Source: Chara braunii
Lineage: Eukaryota > Plantae > Charophyceae
Length of the DNA stretch: 64,000 nt
NCBI GenBank assembly: GCA_003427395.1
Contig: BFEA01000007.1
Location: forward strand, 4,471,248-4,535,247
Reading direction: 5' to 3'
The position numbers and the translations under genes were made by a program. Shown one piece after another: positions 34,935-48,970 of the stretch. How positions within the stretch are numbered: position 1 is the stretch's first letter; every line of letters starts with the position of its first letter. The notes under the pieces are model-generated. The model had not been told where the DNA came from, searched no databases, and saw only the letters and a list, made by a program, of their open reading frames with translations.

Positions 34935-36237
34935 CACTTCAGGTCATTTCAGAGGTTCAAGTTGCCCCACCCGAAACTCTTGAAATGACATGATGTGGCA
35001 TACAACAACATTGGACAAAAAGAAAACAAGTGACCCCCCCCAATAAAATTTAACATCGAAACCAAACCTGGAACTCTTGAAATGACTTGAAGTGTTTTCA
35101 TGCCATTTCAACGACTTGAGACCTTTGCTAACAAACTTCAGAATCTTCAATTGTGAATTTTCAGTTGGTCATGAACCACTTATGTTTGTGATCCCACGAT
35201 CAATGTTTTATGCATATTTATTGAGGAAAGAAAAAAATTTTAATTCCTCTTCTCTCTTGTGCAAAGGGAGTTTCTTATCAATTTCTTCCCCCCTTGCGTA
35301 TGCCCAATCCCAATGAGGGGCGGGTTCGGCATAAGCCGATAACATTTTCAGTATTTTTCTTTTGTTGAAGTTTGAGCAAGAATCTCAATGGCATAAAAAT
35401 TGTTTCGATTGCGGATGTGTGGAGGGCGTCATGATCACTGATGATTGAATTCACATTTTTTTTTCATAAATTAAACAGTTATTTTTTTCACTATAATTCT
35501 TGTTCAGAAATTTCACACTTATTTTTTTCACAATTGGATCATTTGTCATATGATGGTTGGGAGGCACTTGACCATTATTTATGGGTCTTTCTCCGATTTC
35601 TCTCTTACTATAAAATTGTAGTAAACCTGTCGGACGTGTTGCAAAAATGTTATACACTTTTGGGCATGTGATGTCACATGAAGAGTCGTTGAAAGTGGAA
35701 CCCTGGACCCGGTTTCCGACAGGTGACGCTTACCCACCATCTCGGATAGCAGCCCCGACCCAGCAGTCTGATTGGGAAAAGAAAAGGAAGAAGTTGACTA
35801 TCTCAGCTGGTGAGCAATAAGTGTGCCCTAGGTGGTCATGGGGATCCATGACCTCTTGAATGCTTTACTTGCATGCCTTACCAACTGGGTTTTCCTATTT
35901 TTATAAGTCAAATCTTGACAGAATTTTTTTTCAAGTTTTTTCTATTATTAGTATTACGGGGAACTCCAACCACATCCATGTTCATGCCTCCAACGAAAGG
36001 CACATGCAGAGTTGCTGAGATACTTGCTTCAGCTGGTGGTCGACACTCGTCAGATGTCAGCAAATAGCATCACAAAACCATGCCATCTATTATACAAATG
36101 TGTCTCCCTTCCAGTCCCCTTCCCTTACGAACATCAACAGTCTATTATGAATGTCAATTGGGGGGTACCAACGGGTTACATTTCTATTGCAGACAACAAG
36201 TGTATCCAGGAAGGTATACTACTGTCTTCCCCCGAAC
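34935..36237 (+). repeat. Partial third copy of the downstream duplicated segment
   Basis: Matches ~46346-47655 and ~58660-59706. Confidence 0.85.
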
Positions 36238-36339
36238 CAGAGAGATTATGTTTGTTCATACTGAAAAAATTGATTAACCATCTTATTTATAACGAGAACA
36301 GTATTAGAAACGCAAATTTTGAAACTTCATACCCCTGAC

Positions 36340-37750
36340 CACCTCTCAATGCAAGTTGAAAATCATGAAATGACATGAAGTGGTGAAAACTCTGAATGAT
36401 TTATAAACAACCTTATTAACCACTTCCTAAAGTAGTAAAGAATATGAATGACATGAAATCACCCCTACCGATTACACCCTAATGTAACATGAAAATCATG
36501 ACGATGAAGATCACAAAGAGTATGAAAACACTCTCATCGGTCACCTACTAATTCAACCTGAAAATTATACACGAACCTGAAATGGTGAAGACTATGAATG
36601 GTATGAAACCCCTCCCCGACCATCTCTCAATCCAACCTAAAAATCATGAATAAAGTAGAAGTGACTAAGACCATTAATGTCTTAAAATAACTTCATCTAC
36701 TATCTCCCTATGTATCATAAAAATCATAAACGAGGGGGGGGGATTCTTATCATTTACGGCATTTACCATTGCAATTTCGTTTCTGACTTTCAACTTTCAT
36801 TGGCAGGTAGTTAAGGGAAGCGCTTTCAAACCATTAACTTCTTCTTGTCATTTTATCATTTTCACGATGCATAAAAAATGATTGAGAGGATTGTTTTCAG
36901 ACAATTCATTTTTTGTAACATTTTAAGTCGGTTCACGATTTTCAGGTTTCATAGACAGGTGATGGTATGAAAGCAACCTCTTCCTATATTAGCAACCGCT
37001 ATCTGAAGTCATAAATAAACTTGAAGAGGTGAAAACCATGAACGGTCGCAAAACATCATCGCCGACCACCTACCAATTCAATTGGAAAATCATAAATGAA
37101 CCTGAAGTGATGAAGACCATAAACAGTTTGAAAGCATCACCCGGATCAACTGTTGCTGCAACCTAAACCTTATGAATGAACTTGAATTACTAAAACAATG
37201 AATGGTCTGAAAACACATTCCAGAACATTTGTCAATGCAACCTAAAAATCATGAACGAAGTTGAAGTAGTGAAGATCGTGAATGATATATAAACATTTTT
37301 CTCGCCCACTCGCCAAAGCAACATAAAATAATGAATGAATTTGAGGTAGGAAAAACTATCTATGCTCTCAAACAATCTCATGATCCACTTTTTTATACAT
37401 GAATCGACATTAAGAGGTGAAGACTATAAATCGTCTTAAGTACATCCTCTTGACAGCTGTCAATACAACCTAAAAGTCATGGCTAAACTTGAAGTAATGA
37501 GACAATACATGGTTCGAAAAAAAACCTCCCCCCGACTACCTGTCAATGCAACGTGAAAATTATGATCGGACTTGAGGTGGTGAAGATCATGAATGGTATG
37601 AAATCAAGTTGATCATCCGTCTCTTTATGTATTAAATAAATCATACACGAACTTGAAGTGGTGGACCATGAAATGTATGAAATATCATTTTTATACTTAA
37701 TGCATATCTTCAAAATCATAAATAGGTCCGACGTGGTGAACCTTCCTAAC
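36340..37750 (+). repeat. Degenerate AT-rich ~79-bp tandem array with an inverted block (~36760-36960)
   Basis: CAATGCAACCTRAAAATCATGAA...GAAGTGGTGAAGAC recurs. Confidence 0.65.
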
Positions 37751-37979
37751 AAAGAGAACAATTTATTCAAAATGCATTTGAATTTAGTTAAGGAAAAAAA
37801 ATTGTTATGAGAAACCTGCAACTCTTTAAGGAAGTTACTAATATTTTAAGTTTACGTGTTAAAATTTTTGGGATTACGGAGGTGAAATACGTATATGATA
37901 TGATAAAACATACAAATGTTAACATTTTCTTAGAAAAAAAAACTCAATTATTATAAGTTATTGTTGGTAAAGGTGTTGA

Positions 37980-39550
37980 AAATGTAGAAAGATCAATCAT
38001 GCTTCACACAAAAATATCAATCAATACTACGCAAAACATACATACAACAACGTTTTAAGTATTTTAAAAATTATGAGCAGGTGAATATATTGAAAACATT
38101 GAAACACTCATTGATATTCTATACAACATATATGCAGTAACCCGTCATCTATTCTAAAATTTATGAGTCGGTGCATATATCGAAAACGCTAAATAACTCA
38201 TGAATACGCTAGGCATATCATATGTAAGAACCCTCAATGGTTCTGAATATTTTGAGTTCATTAGTATCCATAAAATACTAAAAAGATTCATAAATACTCT
38301 ACGCAACATGAATATAATAATCCCTCAACTATTTTGAAAACCCAGTTAGTGAAATATCGAGAACATTGAAAATTTTATCAGTAATGTACATAACGTGCAT
38401 CCAATAACCCATTAATTGTTTTGGAGAATATGAGTTTTTGAATATAGAAAAAAACATCGAAAGACTGGTGAATATTTTATACAACATGCATGTCGGGACC
38501 CCTCAGTTATTCTAATGATTCTGGTATAGCGAATATGCAAACAATATTGTAAGTAGCATCAATATTTTACGCAATATACATATAAGGAACTCTCAACTGT
38601 TTTGAAATTTTTAGACATGGTGAATATGAAAAAAATATTGAAAGATTCACAATACTCCACACAATATATATATAATCACCCCTCAAATATTTTTAAAATT
38701 TTAAACTGGTCCATATATCGTAACAATTGAAAAACTTATCAATGTTATAAACAATATTTAAACAATCATTCATTAAGTTTTTCGATACTATAAACGACAT
38801 TTATACAATGATTCGTTAAGTATTCTAAAAAGAGTTCATGATATATCAAAAACGTAGAAAACTAATCAATACTCCATATAACAAATATTAAAAGATGCAT
38901 TAAATATTATAAAAATTTTGAGTCGATAAATATGTTGTAAACGATGACAAATTTATCAATACTTTATACAACATGAATCCAATAAGCGTAAAAAATTTCA
39001 AAAATTATGAGTTTGTAAATATGCGAAAATGAAAAAACACTCATCAATATTTAAAAACCATACATATAATTCTTGAAATATTTTAAAAATTTTAACGTAA
39101 GGAATATATTGAAAAAATTTAAAGACTCATCAATAGTCTTCACAATATGCATACAATAACCCCTCTACCATTTATAAAAATTTTGAGTTTGTTAATATGT
39201 CCAAAACGTTGAAAAAATTATTAAGAATGTACACGACATGCATATAATAACTCATTAACTATTGAAATTGAGTTAGCGAATAGGTTGAAAACGCAGAAGG
39301 ACTTATCAATATTCTACACAAGATTTATATAATGGTCCCTCAAACATTCTGATACTTATAATTTAGTAAATAAGTTAAAAATTAAAAAAAAACATTAATA
39401 TTATACACACCATATATATAATAACCCCTAACTATTCAAAAAAAATTGAGTTAGTAAATATATTCGAAACAGTAAAAGACTTGTCAATACTCTACATAAA
39501 CGCATACAATAACCCCTTGAATTTTTTGAAAATTTTAAACTAGTAAATAT
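37980..39550 (+). repeat. Degenerate AT-rich ~89-bp tandem array
   Basis: ATCAATAYTCTACACAACAT..ATAATAACCC recurs at ~89-90 bp. Confidence 0.65.
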
Positions 39551-40124
39551 AGCTAGGCAGCCTGTCCGAATGTTTGGAAAAATTTTGAACGTCTAGGTTG
39601 TCTTTACGGATGTCACAAACGGGAGTTCATCAAGGTGAGTTGTTGGGTTCAATGCACAAATGTACTAGGTTACAGTTGGGGGGGGGGGGGGGGGGGACGG
39701 TCTTTAAACAAGGCAAAAAAAAAAAAAAATGGAGTCAGACCTCTTCAAGGTCATAAAAGTAAAAAAGAAAAAACGACTCATTGTGAGTCATAAATCTGTT
39801 TCGATTATTTGATTCATATTGAGTGATTTTTAGTAACCATTGACAACAGTGTTATGTGGGAAAAAAGAGTGGTGAGACATACAAGAAAAATATTGTAATT
39901 CATTTTTTTCCCCCCTTGTTGTTGAGCATGTACAGTGTCGGGCCAAGGTTTTTCAATGTCGGACGCTGTCCAACTTTTTTGCTAAATTAAAGGACTTGAT
40001 AAGACTGATGTTTGTCAAAGGTTTATCCAGATCAACCATATAACTGAAAGACCTAAAACCTGAATTCATTGACGTATGACGTCATTGGCGTTCGATCGAA
40101 ACAGGGGGAATCAGCGGTAAAACT

Positions 40125-40728
40125 TGTCGTTCGCGGTTCCCGATAAGGCCGCAGAGGCACGCGGACGTGGGCACGCTAAAGTTAGACCTATTCTACTTAA
40201 AATAATATCGCGTGGTTGCTAAGCCGCGCGATTCAGGGCCTACAAGGCTACTAGGGACTACTGTACGGGGGTTAAAATCACAACGGTGGTCGAGAGACCT
40301 TGCAGCCTGCTCTGTTATGGGCAGGAAACTGCCGTGGTTGATACTCGTGGTCAACCGATGGGACTGGGCCGACTAGCCAGGCTTGCAAAGCCTCAAGCAC
40401 GCGAGGCCTGCAGAGCCGAAGGCAAGCAAGGCCTGTGAGGCCACGACAAGGGGATAGGGTCCGGGTTGAGCTCTTTATATAGAAGAGTTGCTCGTGATAG
40501 GAGCTAGCCCAGTAGGTTACAGCACCAGACTACTACCCGACAGACACCGGGATCGAATATGAAACGTGGCGCCCTGCTGGGCATAGCTCCTTTTGGAGTT
40601 GTCCACTCTACTTGCTACCGGCGCGGTCGATTCTGGTCGTCGATCGTGAAGATCGCGCGACCACGATCGGCCGCGCAGATCAGCATGACCCCTGCGCAAG
40701 GATGACGTGCATAAATCAAGAAATGACA
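40125..40728. mobile_element. Possible solo LTR (~600 bp)
   Basis: TGTCGTT...AATGACA ends, GC-rich, minus-strand CTATATAAAG at ~40480; TSD not convincing. Confidence 0.45.
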
Positions 40729-40740
40729 AAAAAAAAAAAA

Positions 40741-40845
40741 TGATTCTCCTAAGGGAATCGAACCTGGGTCTGTAAATCCGTGGGGTAGGCTGGAATGCCA
40801 GCCAGGCTGGCGCAGTCTACAGTGGCCGTTGACTTATGCCAACGA
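40741..40845 (-). other. tRNA-derived (SINE-like) Pol III remnant
   Basis: Minus strand B-box GGTTCGATTCC followed by a T tract; weak A-box; no clean cloverleaf. Confidence 0.35.
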
Positions 40846-41270
40846 CATTCCTATAAAAAAAAAAAAAAAAAAAAAAAAGGGCAATTTAAACTAAAGCGCC
40901 AGATGGCGCTCAGCGAAGAGAGTGGGGATTTACAGTCCCCATAGCGGACAGTAGGCGCCCGTTTTCAACGGGCAGCTGTTTTGATGTCTGAGGTAAGTTG
41001 TGTTTTTTTTGTTTTTTTTTTAGTTTTTAGTTTTTAGTTTTTTTAGATTCGTTCTTTTATATTTCTTTTATATATATATTTTTTTCTTTTTTTAGTTTCT
41101 CATTTCCACGAGCTTCTGAAAGTGCCCGTTCGTTGAAAACGAAGGGGCTGAGCCTCTACCTAGCAACTGGCCTATGGTACTTCCATTGATAGGTAGAGCA
41201 AAACCGAATGAATCTACCCTATAGCGTGGAACTATACTAACGCGCCTGTGTGTGCGTGTATGTGTGTGTC

Positions 41271-41301
<31 letters not shown>

Positions 41302-42499
41302 AAGAGAGAGGGAGATAGAGAGAACAACCACGCGGCTGGCCACACCACTTCCATCGATAGGAACGGGCGTACAGGTAAGTGGTTGCGATATATTTATTTA
41401 TTTATTTATTTTCTTTATTTTTTTCTTTTTTGTCCTTGTTCTTCCCCCTCCTCTGTCTCGTGGCCGTTGGGGGCGCAGACAGTGTGGAAAAATGGGGAGG
41501 ACAAGTGTGAGCAAACTAGAAACTGGAAAAAAAAAAAAAAAAAAAAACACGAGGCAAACTACCTCGTGGCTGGAAAAGAACATCCTTTTAAGGTTGTGTG
41601 GGAGCAAACCCAGCTTCCCACTCAGAAGAGGCACAAATATTTGTGGTCGCGAGATCTACAATCTCGCGGCTCACGACGTGCGCGTGGGAAAGGAAAAAGA
41701 AGCTTGGGGGGTTGGAGAGAGAGAGGAAGCACGTGAGAGTTGGCAGAGGGAGGACCTACCTCTCCCAACCTGACAACTGTCCTGCCCGTTTTCAAGGGAG
41801 GGCAGCAGAAGAAAAGGAAGGGAAAAAGAAAAAGGCCACGACCACGAATGTGGCCGCGGCTACGGTCAGATACAGGCCAAATTGGCCTGAATGTGACTCA
41901 TGCCAGAGCTTGGGGAGCTGAAGAGGTGGTGAAGGGAACCTGGCTGGAAATTGTCATTTTCCCAGTGCACCTGTGCTCAGCGTGAGGCTGAGTATAAGGA
42001 AAAGTAGGGGAAAAGAGCTGGGCAGTTGAGTATAACTTCCTCCCTAAGTGTGTGGATGAGGTGCGACGATCTCAGACCCTTAATCATGTTGAGATTAAGG
42101 GCCCCAGGCAAGTGACAAATTTTGCCTGGGGGCAGCTGAGGCTGCTAATGCCCTCCTCAGCCACTACAAAAGAGGCAGCTCTCCTCCAACTGCCTCACAA
42201 TTGCCTCCAACAGCCAGTGTGTGACGACACACTTGCCTCATTGCCTGAGTGCTGGAAAGGAGACAGGAGTGCTGCAGACGGAGCTGGAGGACGACAGTGG
42301 AGTGCGGCGAGGAAAAGGAGACAACCATAGCCTCGCTGGAGCATTCCACTTTATCCAATGGCTGGCTCATCTAGGGGGATTTACGACAGCGCCGCGAGGA
42401 GCGGTAGTGGGATGCGACAGGGGGTGACGACGACGCTGCTGCACTGGAAAGGTGTTGTGGCACAGCGTTATCGGCAGCCATAACGACAATACTGGGGAA

Positions 42500-42705
42500 G
42501 TGCTGCTAAATTTGTGGTGCGGCGGCACTTGATTTTCTTTTGGCAGGGAAGTGTTGCCGGATTTGCGGCGAGGCGACACTTGATTTTTCTTTTGGCGAGG
42601 AAGTGCTGCTGGATTTGGGGCGCGACGGCACTTGATGTTTCTTTTCTTTTAGCGGGAAAGCGCTGCCGGATTTATGGCGCAGCGACACGGTTTTTCTTTT
42701 TCTAC
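42500..42705 (+). repeat. ~51-bp tandem repeat (4 copies; also 53765-53890)
   Basis: GCTGCCGGATTTGCGGCG..GCGRCACTTGATTTTTCTTTT recurs. Confidence 0.75.
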
Positions 42706-43678
42706 GGCGCGGCATCTGTTATGTTTGATGAGGTTGTGCTACCAGAATTGGAGTGTGAGGTGGCAACAACTTGACGTGGTGGCAGTTGGCACGCGGCGCA
42801 TTATGAAATCTGCGTGAGGAGTGAATGTTGGTGGCATAGAACCATCAGGGACCACTTGGGACCGGTTGGGATAGACGTGGAACGAGTTGGGACTGTCTTG
42901 GAAACAACATTTTTTTTTTAGGGGGACTCGTGCGACTTGCCGCCGTCGAATCTGGGACTACCGCGTGTGGGACGTGCGAGTCAGGAACAAATTGGGACAA
43001 GCAGTTGATTTGAGACTTACCTTGGGACTGCAGTTTTCTTTGGCGACAAATATATTCTTTCTTGACTTTCTTGAGTGAGCCAGGGCATGTTCGACACCAC
43101 TTCACTCAAGGTCACTCAGTAGACGACTCAGACTCCCTTCACACCTGTGTGCACCCACACATTGCTTGACCCTTTCGCTTTGAATGTTCAGAAGAAAAGG
43201 TTGAGTGGGATTGTGGGCGTCATGCATGAGTGAAAAGGTGGGTCTGATGTGAATAGTGGGACTTTGCTTGTGTTGTGCAGGTAGGTAGAAGGATGCTTGC
43301 AAAGGAGATTGATTATGCCTATTTGAGAAAATGGAAAAGGAGTGTCTTCTCTTGACTTCTCACCTGCCTGTATGCCAAAAAGGGTTGGTTGTTTTGAATT
43401 AATTTTGTGCGCACCGTAAAACGAGTTCGATTGAAATATAGCAGATAAGGTCAGATGGACTTAGCCTTTCCCAAGGATTGACCCTTTCTATCCTGGATGA
43501 CTTTATCCACCTTTACATGTCCAAATGATTCTCATTCTCCATCACCTCTGAACTTTTTTCGTCTAAATTACCTTAGGCACGAGAGGATGAAAACAACTGA
43601 AAATTTCCTTGTGGTGAACACATTCTCTTTCTTCAGGAAGCATATGGGGCGAGGGTTCGTTGCTTTAGGAGCCGACCC

Positions 43679-44513
43679 TGTTATCGACCCAAAATGGACC
43701 GTTCTACGGGGGGCTACTTTGCCGATTCGGTGGAGACGGCCTGACTTCTGAGATCCGAGTCTTGACTTCTGAGATCCGAGTCTTGTGCTCAGGCGAGGAG
43801 GAGGAACACCCCAGACAACTTCCTAGAGGGAGAGACATGCAACACCTCAAGCAATGCCCCTGATCAAGAATCATTCGGAGAACAGCCTGTCATCCAAGAA
43901 GATTGAAGAAACGTATGGAGACGGGCGTGTGCGTGTTCAATCTTAGGTCGGCGGTATGATGGAATGAATAGCTTAGGCAGCGCATGTCATCAAGTCAAAA
44001 CCAAGACAGACCGACTACCTTGTCGGCTGCATTAAGGTTATTGTTGAAAGTCAACTCCTCGTTGGCGGTTGTATGATTTTGTGGAATTCGACCCGGGGTG
44101 GTCGGATTTTATTTTTATATTGTATTGTAGGATGTATCAAATAATGATTTATATTCGTTCGGTTATCATTTCAGATTGGATATATGTTTATGTCGACTAC
44201 GGTCGATTCTTTATTATGTAACTATGTGTGGTTGTTATGTCTTTTTGTTTAACTGGTGACCAAAGGGACTAGGAAAGTGGGTTCTCACACTTGGTTGAGA
44301 CCGTTCTAGTCGACTGGCGTACGCTTCGTACTTAGGAGATCAGTGCCCTAAGGAACGGACGACCTCAGGGTTCAATAGGTGTTTTAACCGCGTGTACCTA
44401 TACTACGGCGAGCGAGCAAATGCCCTCGACTGACCCACCTCTGCAACTGCATGTAAAAACGTTCGCCCGTGGGTCAGTAGCTCGGTAGGGATACGCCCCT
44501 AGGGGTGGTGACA
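43679..44513. mobile_element. Solo LTR, 835 bp
   Basis: TGTTATC...GGTGACA; flanks ACCC/GCCC. Confidence 0.7.
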
Positions 44514-45402
44514 GCCCCTTAAGGAAGCAAACTTATGCCCCACAAGAACCTATCCTGTCATAGGGGACCGCGGGATGTACAGCCGGAGCACTCAGTTAGA
44601 GCGGCGAAGAGACAATGCGACCACGACCGTCTCGGCGGTCTGCGGGATTAATTATGTCGTCGTCCCCGAGTTGTCTCCGCTTTTGTTTTTGTTTTAACTC
44701 CTGCATGGCATGGCCGGGCTGGCTCCCACCTCTTCTCGATAAAAGGCGGGGGCAGATGCGTTCGACAACGGAATATGTATGTCAATGTTCGTGTGTAGTG
44801 TTGAACATATGCAGAATGTGTGTGTGTGTGTGTGTATATATGTGTGCGTGTCCACAAAACTATTTTGCGTGTTTGTTCCTTAGCATGTGCATTATACATG
44901 TATATGTGTGTATTATTACCTTTATATGTTTTAAAGCATATGCAGTGTGTGTGATATAGTAATACAGAGTATTCGTTGTGCGTATATGTGACAAACTTCT
45001 TTAGATTTTTGTGGTTTAGCTGCACAGTATGTGTAAGTGTGAGTATGTGTTGTTTTCTGTGTGTGCAGCGTGTGTATGTATTATAAACCTCTTTACTTGT
45101 GAAGCAACTCGCAATATATGAAAAAAACAAATACGGAAATCAAGCCTGTCAGCGCAATAACCTTGATGAGTAAATCCAATTTCGAAACATCCATAGTTTT
45201 ATACCAAACAACTAAAAACCTAGTAAGTCGAGTAGGTTTAAAATTTGTTGTCAGACGTATCAACCCGGGTGCACATCTGAAGACCTATGTGCACGAGAGT
45301 TTTTCCGACTGTATCACGCATTACATAACTTGGTATGTCACAAACTTTCAAAAGCGGGGTGCCCCTTCGCCCGAGTGTGTCAACTATACTTCTTGCAGAT
45401 CC

Positions 45403-46594
45403 GAGAGAAGGTTAACATCTACGTATCACCGTGTTCACGTTTGGGGGCGAACGTGAACAAGCGTCCAAAACCCTCCGAACGCAAACATAAAAAAAAAAAA
45501 AAAAAACAATTTTAAAAAAAATCTGCAACAAATATATGTTATGTAAAATAATAATAAAAGCAACTTTTGCCTTGGAGTCATGTTCAAATTCATAACCAAT
45601 CATGAGTTAAAAATCAAAAACCAAATATATATATTTTTTATTTTTTATTTTTTTTTTTACGGAAAAAAAATTATGTTCGTCCGAACATGTTCGCGAGCTG
45701 TTCGCGTCAACGCGCAAACAAGTTCGTGCAAAAGTGAAGGGTCGCGAACACATTCGTCGTGCTACGCACGTTAACATATATATTTTTTACGGATCCAATA
45801 GAAGTTTAACAAATATCTATATTTTCATGTAATTTTCAGTCGCTTCTGACTGGTGTCGGGTACTTGGATGGGGAGATTTGAAACCGCTTTTAGAAGCTTC
45901 AACTACTTCAGGTCATTTCAGAGGTTTCATTTCCCCATCTATAATTTATTAAATGACATGAAGTGACCCAACAATTATGAAAACGGTTTCAAGTCCCCTC
46001 ATCCACATATTTGGACGGGGAAACGTGAAACCACGTTCAGAATCTTCAGCCACTTCAGGGCTTTACAGAGGTTTCAGGTCTCCCTACCTGAAACTCATGA
46101 AATAACATAAAGTGGATGAAGCTTCTGAAAGTGGTTTCAAGTCCCTCTATCCAGACATTTGGATTGAGAGACTTGAAACCGCTTTCATAAGCTTCAACTT
46201 CTTCAGGTCATTTCAAAGATGCCATGTCTTCCCATATGAAACTCCTGAAATGACTTGAAGTGGCAGAAAATTTGAAAGTGGTTTCAAATGCGTCGATCCA
46301 AATATTTGGATGGGAGGATACGCAACTGCTTTCAGAAGCTTCAACCACTTCAGGTTATTTCCAAGGTTCAAGTTGCCCCACCTGAAACTCTTGAAATGAC
46401 ATGAAGTGGCATACAACAACGTTGTATTAAAAAAAAAGCAGGTGACCCCCCCAAATAAATTTACCTCGAAACCAAACCTGAAACTCTTGAAACGACTTGA
46501 AGTGTTTTTATGTCATTTCAACTACTTAAGCCCTCTGCTAACAAACTTCAAAATTTTTAATTCTAAATTTTCAGTACGTCATTAACCACTTATG
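45403..46594. mobile_element. GGTTAAC-end family element with nested TAGCAC-TIR MITE (45424-45764)
   Basis: Left end GAGAGAAGGTTAAC, right end ATTAACCACTTATG, internal repeats related to 5329-6303; TSD not clear. Confidence 0.65.
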
Positions 46595-47642
46595 CTTGTG
46601 ATCCCACGATCACTGTTTTATGCATATTTATTGAGAAAAGAACAAACTCTTAATTCCTCTTCTCTCTCGTACAAAGAGAGTTTCTTGCCAATTCCCCACC
46701 TCCTCACGTATGCCCAATCCCAATGAGGAGCGGGTTTGACATAAGCCTATGGGCTATAACATTTTCAATATTTTTCTCTTGTTGAAGTTTGAGCCAGAAT
46801 CTCGATGGCAGAAGAATTATTTCGATGGCGGATGTGTGGAGGGCGTCATGATCACTGATGATTGGATTCACACTTTTTTTCCAGAAATCGAGCAGGTATC
46901 TTTTTCACTATTATTCTTGTTCATAAATTTAGCAGTTATTGTTTTCACCATTGGACTATTTGTGATATGATGGTTGGGAGGCATTGAACCATTATTTATG
47001 GGTCTTTCTTCGATTTTTCTCTTACCATAAAATTGTAGTGAACATGTCCGACGTGTTGCACTAATGTTACACACTTCTGGGCATGTGATGTCACATGAAG
47101 AATTATTGAAAGAGAAACATTGGACCCGGTTTTCGACAGGTGACGCTTACTCACCATCCCGGATAGCAGCCCCGACCCAGCAGTCTGATTGGGAAAAGAA
47201 AAGGAAGAAGCTTATTATCTCAGCTGGTTGGCAACAAGTATGCCCCAGGTGGTCATGGGGATTCATGACCTCCTGAATGCTTTACTTGCATGCCTTGCCA
47301 GCTGAGCTAAGACCTTTTCCTATTTTTATGAGTCAAATCTTAACAGAAAGTTTTTTCAGGTTTTTTCTATTATTAGTATTTTGAGGAACTCCAACCACAT
47401 CCATGTTCATGCCTCCAACGACAGAACATGCAGAGCGGCTGGGATACTTGCTACAGTTGGTGGTCGACACTGATCAGGTGTCAGCAGATAGCATTACAAA
47501 CCATGCCATCTGTTACAATTGCGTCTCCCTTCCAATCCCCTTCCTTTATGAACATCAACAATATATTATGAATGTCAATTGGGGGGGGTCAACGGGTTAC
47601 CTCTCCATTTCATCGAAGAAGTATGTCCAGGAAGGTATACTA

Positions 47643-48108
47643 CCGTCTTCCCCCGAATATAAAGCATATGCGTTGTAAACGAATACAACACATACAATGC
47701 GTTGTATTTGTTTACAACGCATATGCGTTATATTCAAGTCAACGAGACCAACTTTACCTGCACAAGGGGGTCGGGTCCAGTCTGGATCAGTTCTGGACCA
47801 CGACTGGGAGCCTCAAAGCCTTGACAAAAAGGTAAAAGTGAAGCAGTAACGTAGCTTTCTATGTTCTGGGTTGAGTTTCATTCCTTTCCCCTACTTGGTC
47901 CCTTGCTCCACTCCTCAGCAAATATGCAACATGAGAATGGATCTTCTGCTAGAACGTGGACAAAAACAACCCTTTTTTTTTTTGTCTCAGTGACCACGGT
48001 AGTACATCACGACCTTAGTGAGTGGCTTTCTTATTTTTCCACTTTCTGGGCCTCACCACATTCTTGCCTGTCAGAAGCGTCATGTTTTTGGTTGTCAGAA
48101 ACACCTTC

Positions 48109-48176
<68 letters not shown>

Positions 48177-48410
48177 ATGCTACCAAAGTAGGCGTTGACA
48201 TTCAGGAAAAAAAAAGATATATTTGAATACAACAATGTTTCTCTTCCTGAAATTCAAATATAACGCATATGGGTATTATTCGAATAGAACGAATATGCGT
48301 TATATTTGCAGTGCTCTTGTATTCGGAAAAAAAATGTATAACTTTTTAAAAAACGTTTTTTGGGGAAAACTCGAATACAACGTATATGCGTTATGTTCAG
48401 GGGAAGACGG
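47643..48410. mobile_element. Tc1/mariner (pogo-like) MITE, TA TSD
   Basis: ~33-bp TIR CCGTCTTCCCCCGAAYATAA.GCATAT.CGTTG, flanked by TA. Confidence 0.85.
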
Positions 48411-48480
48411 TAGCCAGCAGTGTTGAACCCATGATCTTCTGAATTCCACTTGTGCGCCTTACCATTTGAGGTTGGTGACT
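48411..48480 (-). other. tRNA-like SINE-head remnant (copy at 60430-60499)
   Basis: Minus strand ACCTCARATGGTAAGGCG (A-box-like) and GGGTTCAACAC (B-box-like), ~70 nt. Confidence 0.4.
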
Positions 48481-48970
48481 GAGTAATTCAATGATCTTGT
48501 TTCGCGACAACAAAGTAAAGACTCTTTTACGAAACGAATTGTTCTGTTCCTTTTTTTTTTCTTAACTTAAACCGTTCATCCATTGCATGAAATGATCGAG
48601 GTCGGCATCCTCAGTTTCTACCCGGAATGTTATCGTCTGGGTGCGTTACCCAGTTTCGCTTACAGGGTGTGAACCCTGCAGGGGACCAACCCCCTGATAA
48701 GACAAACAAACTTGCAAAAACCAACACCAGATACATATAGGCTGCAATACTGGATCTTTCGAACTCTTACTGCGAAACCTCTCTGACCCCACCTAGTAAT
48801 TCAACCTGCCTACCTATGTCCAATTCGGCAGGCAACCATACTGTTAACCTTCCTGCTACGGAAGGTTGGAACTTAAACGAGTTCCCGTAGCCAGTGAGCA
48901 CTCATTCCCGCCCCACTTGCCTCAATCTGCTACCTTCCTACTGCAGAACAGAATCGAGCGCTCAGGTACA

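Noticed and set aside
48411-48480. Functional tRNA gene
   Set aside because: Degenerate T-loop and poor stems; kept only as a SINE-like remnant.
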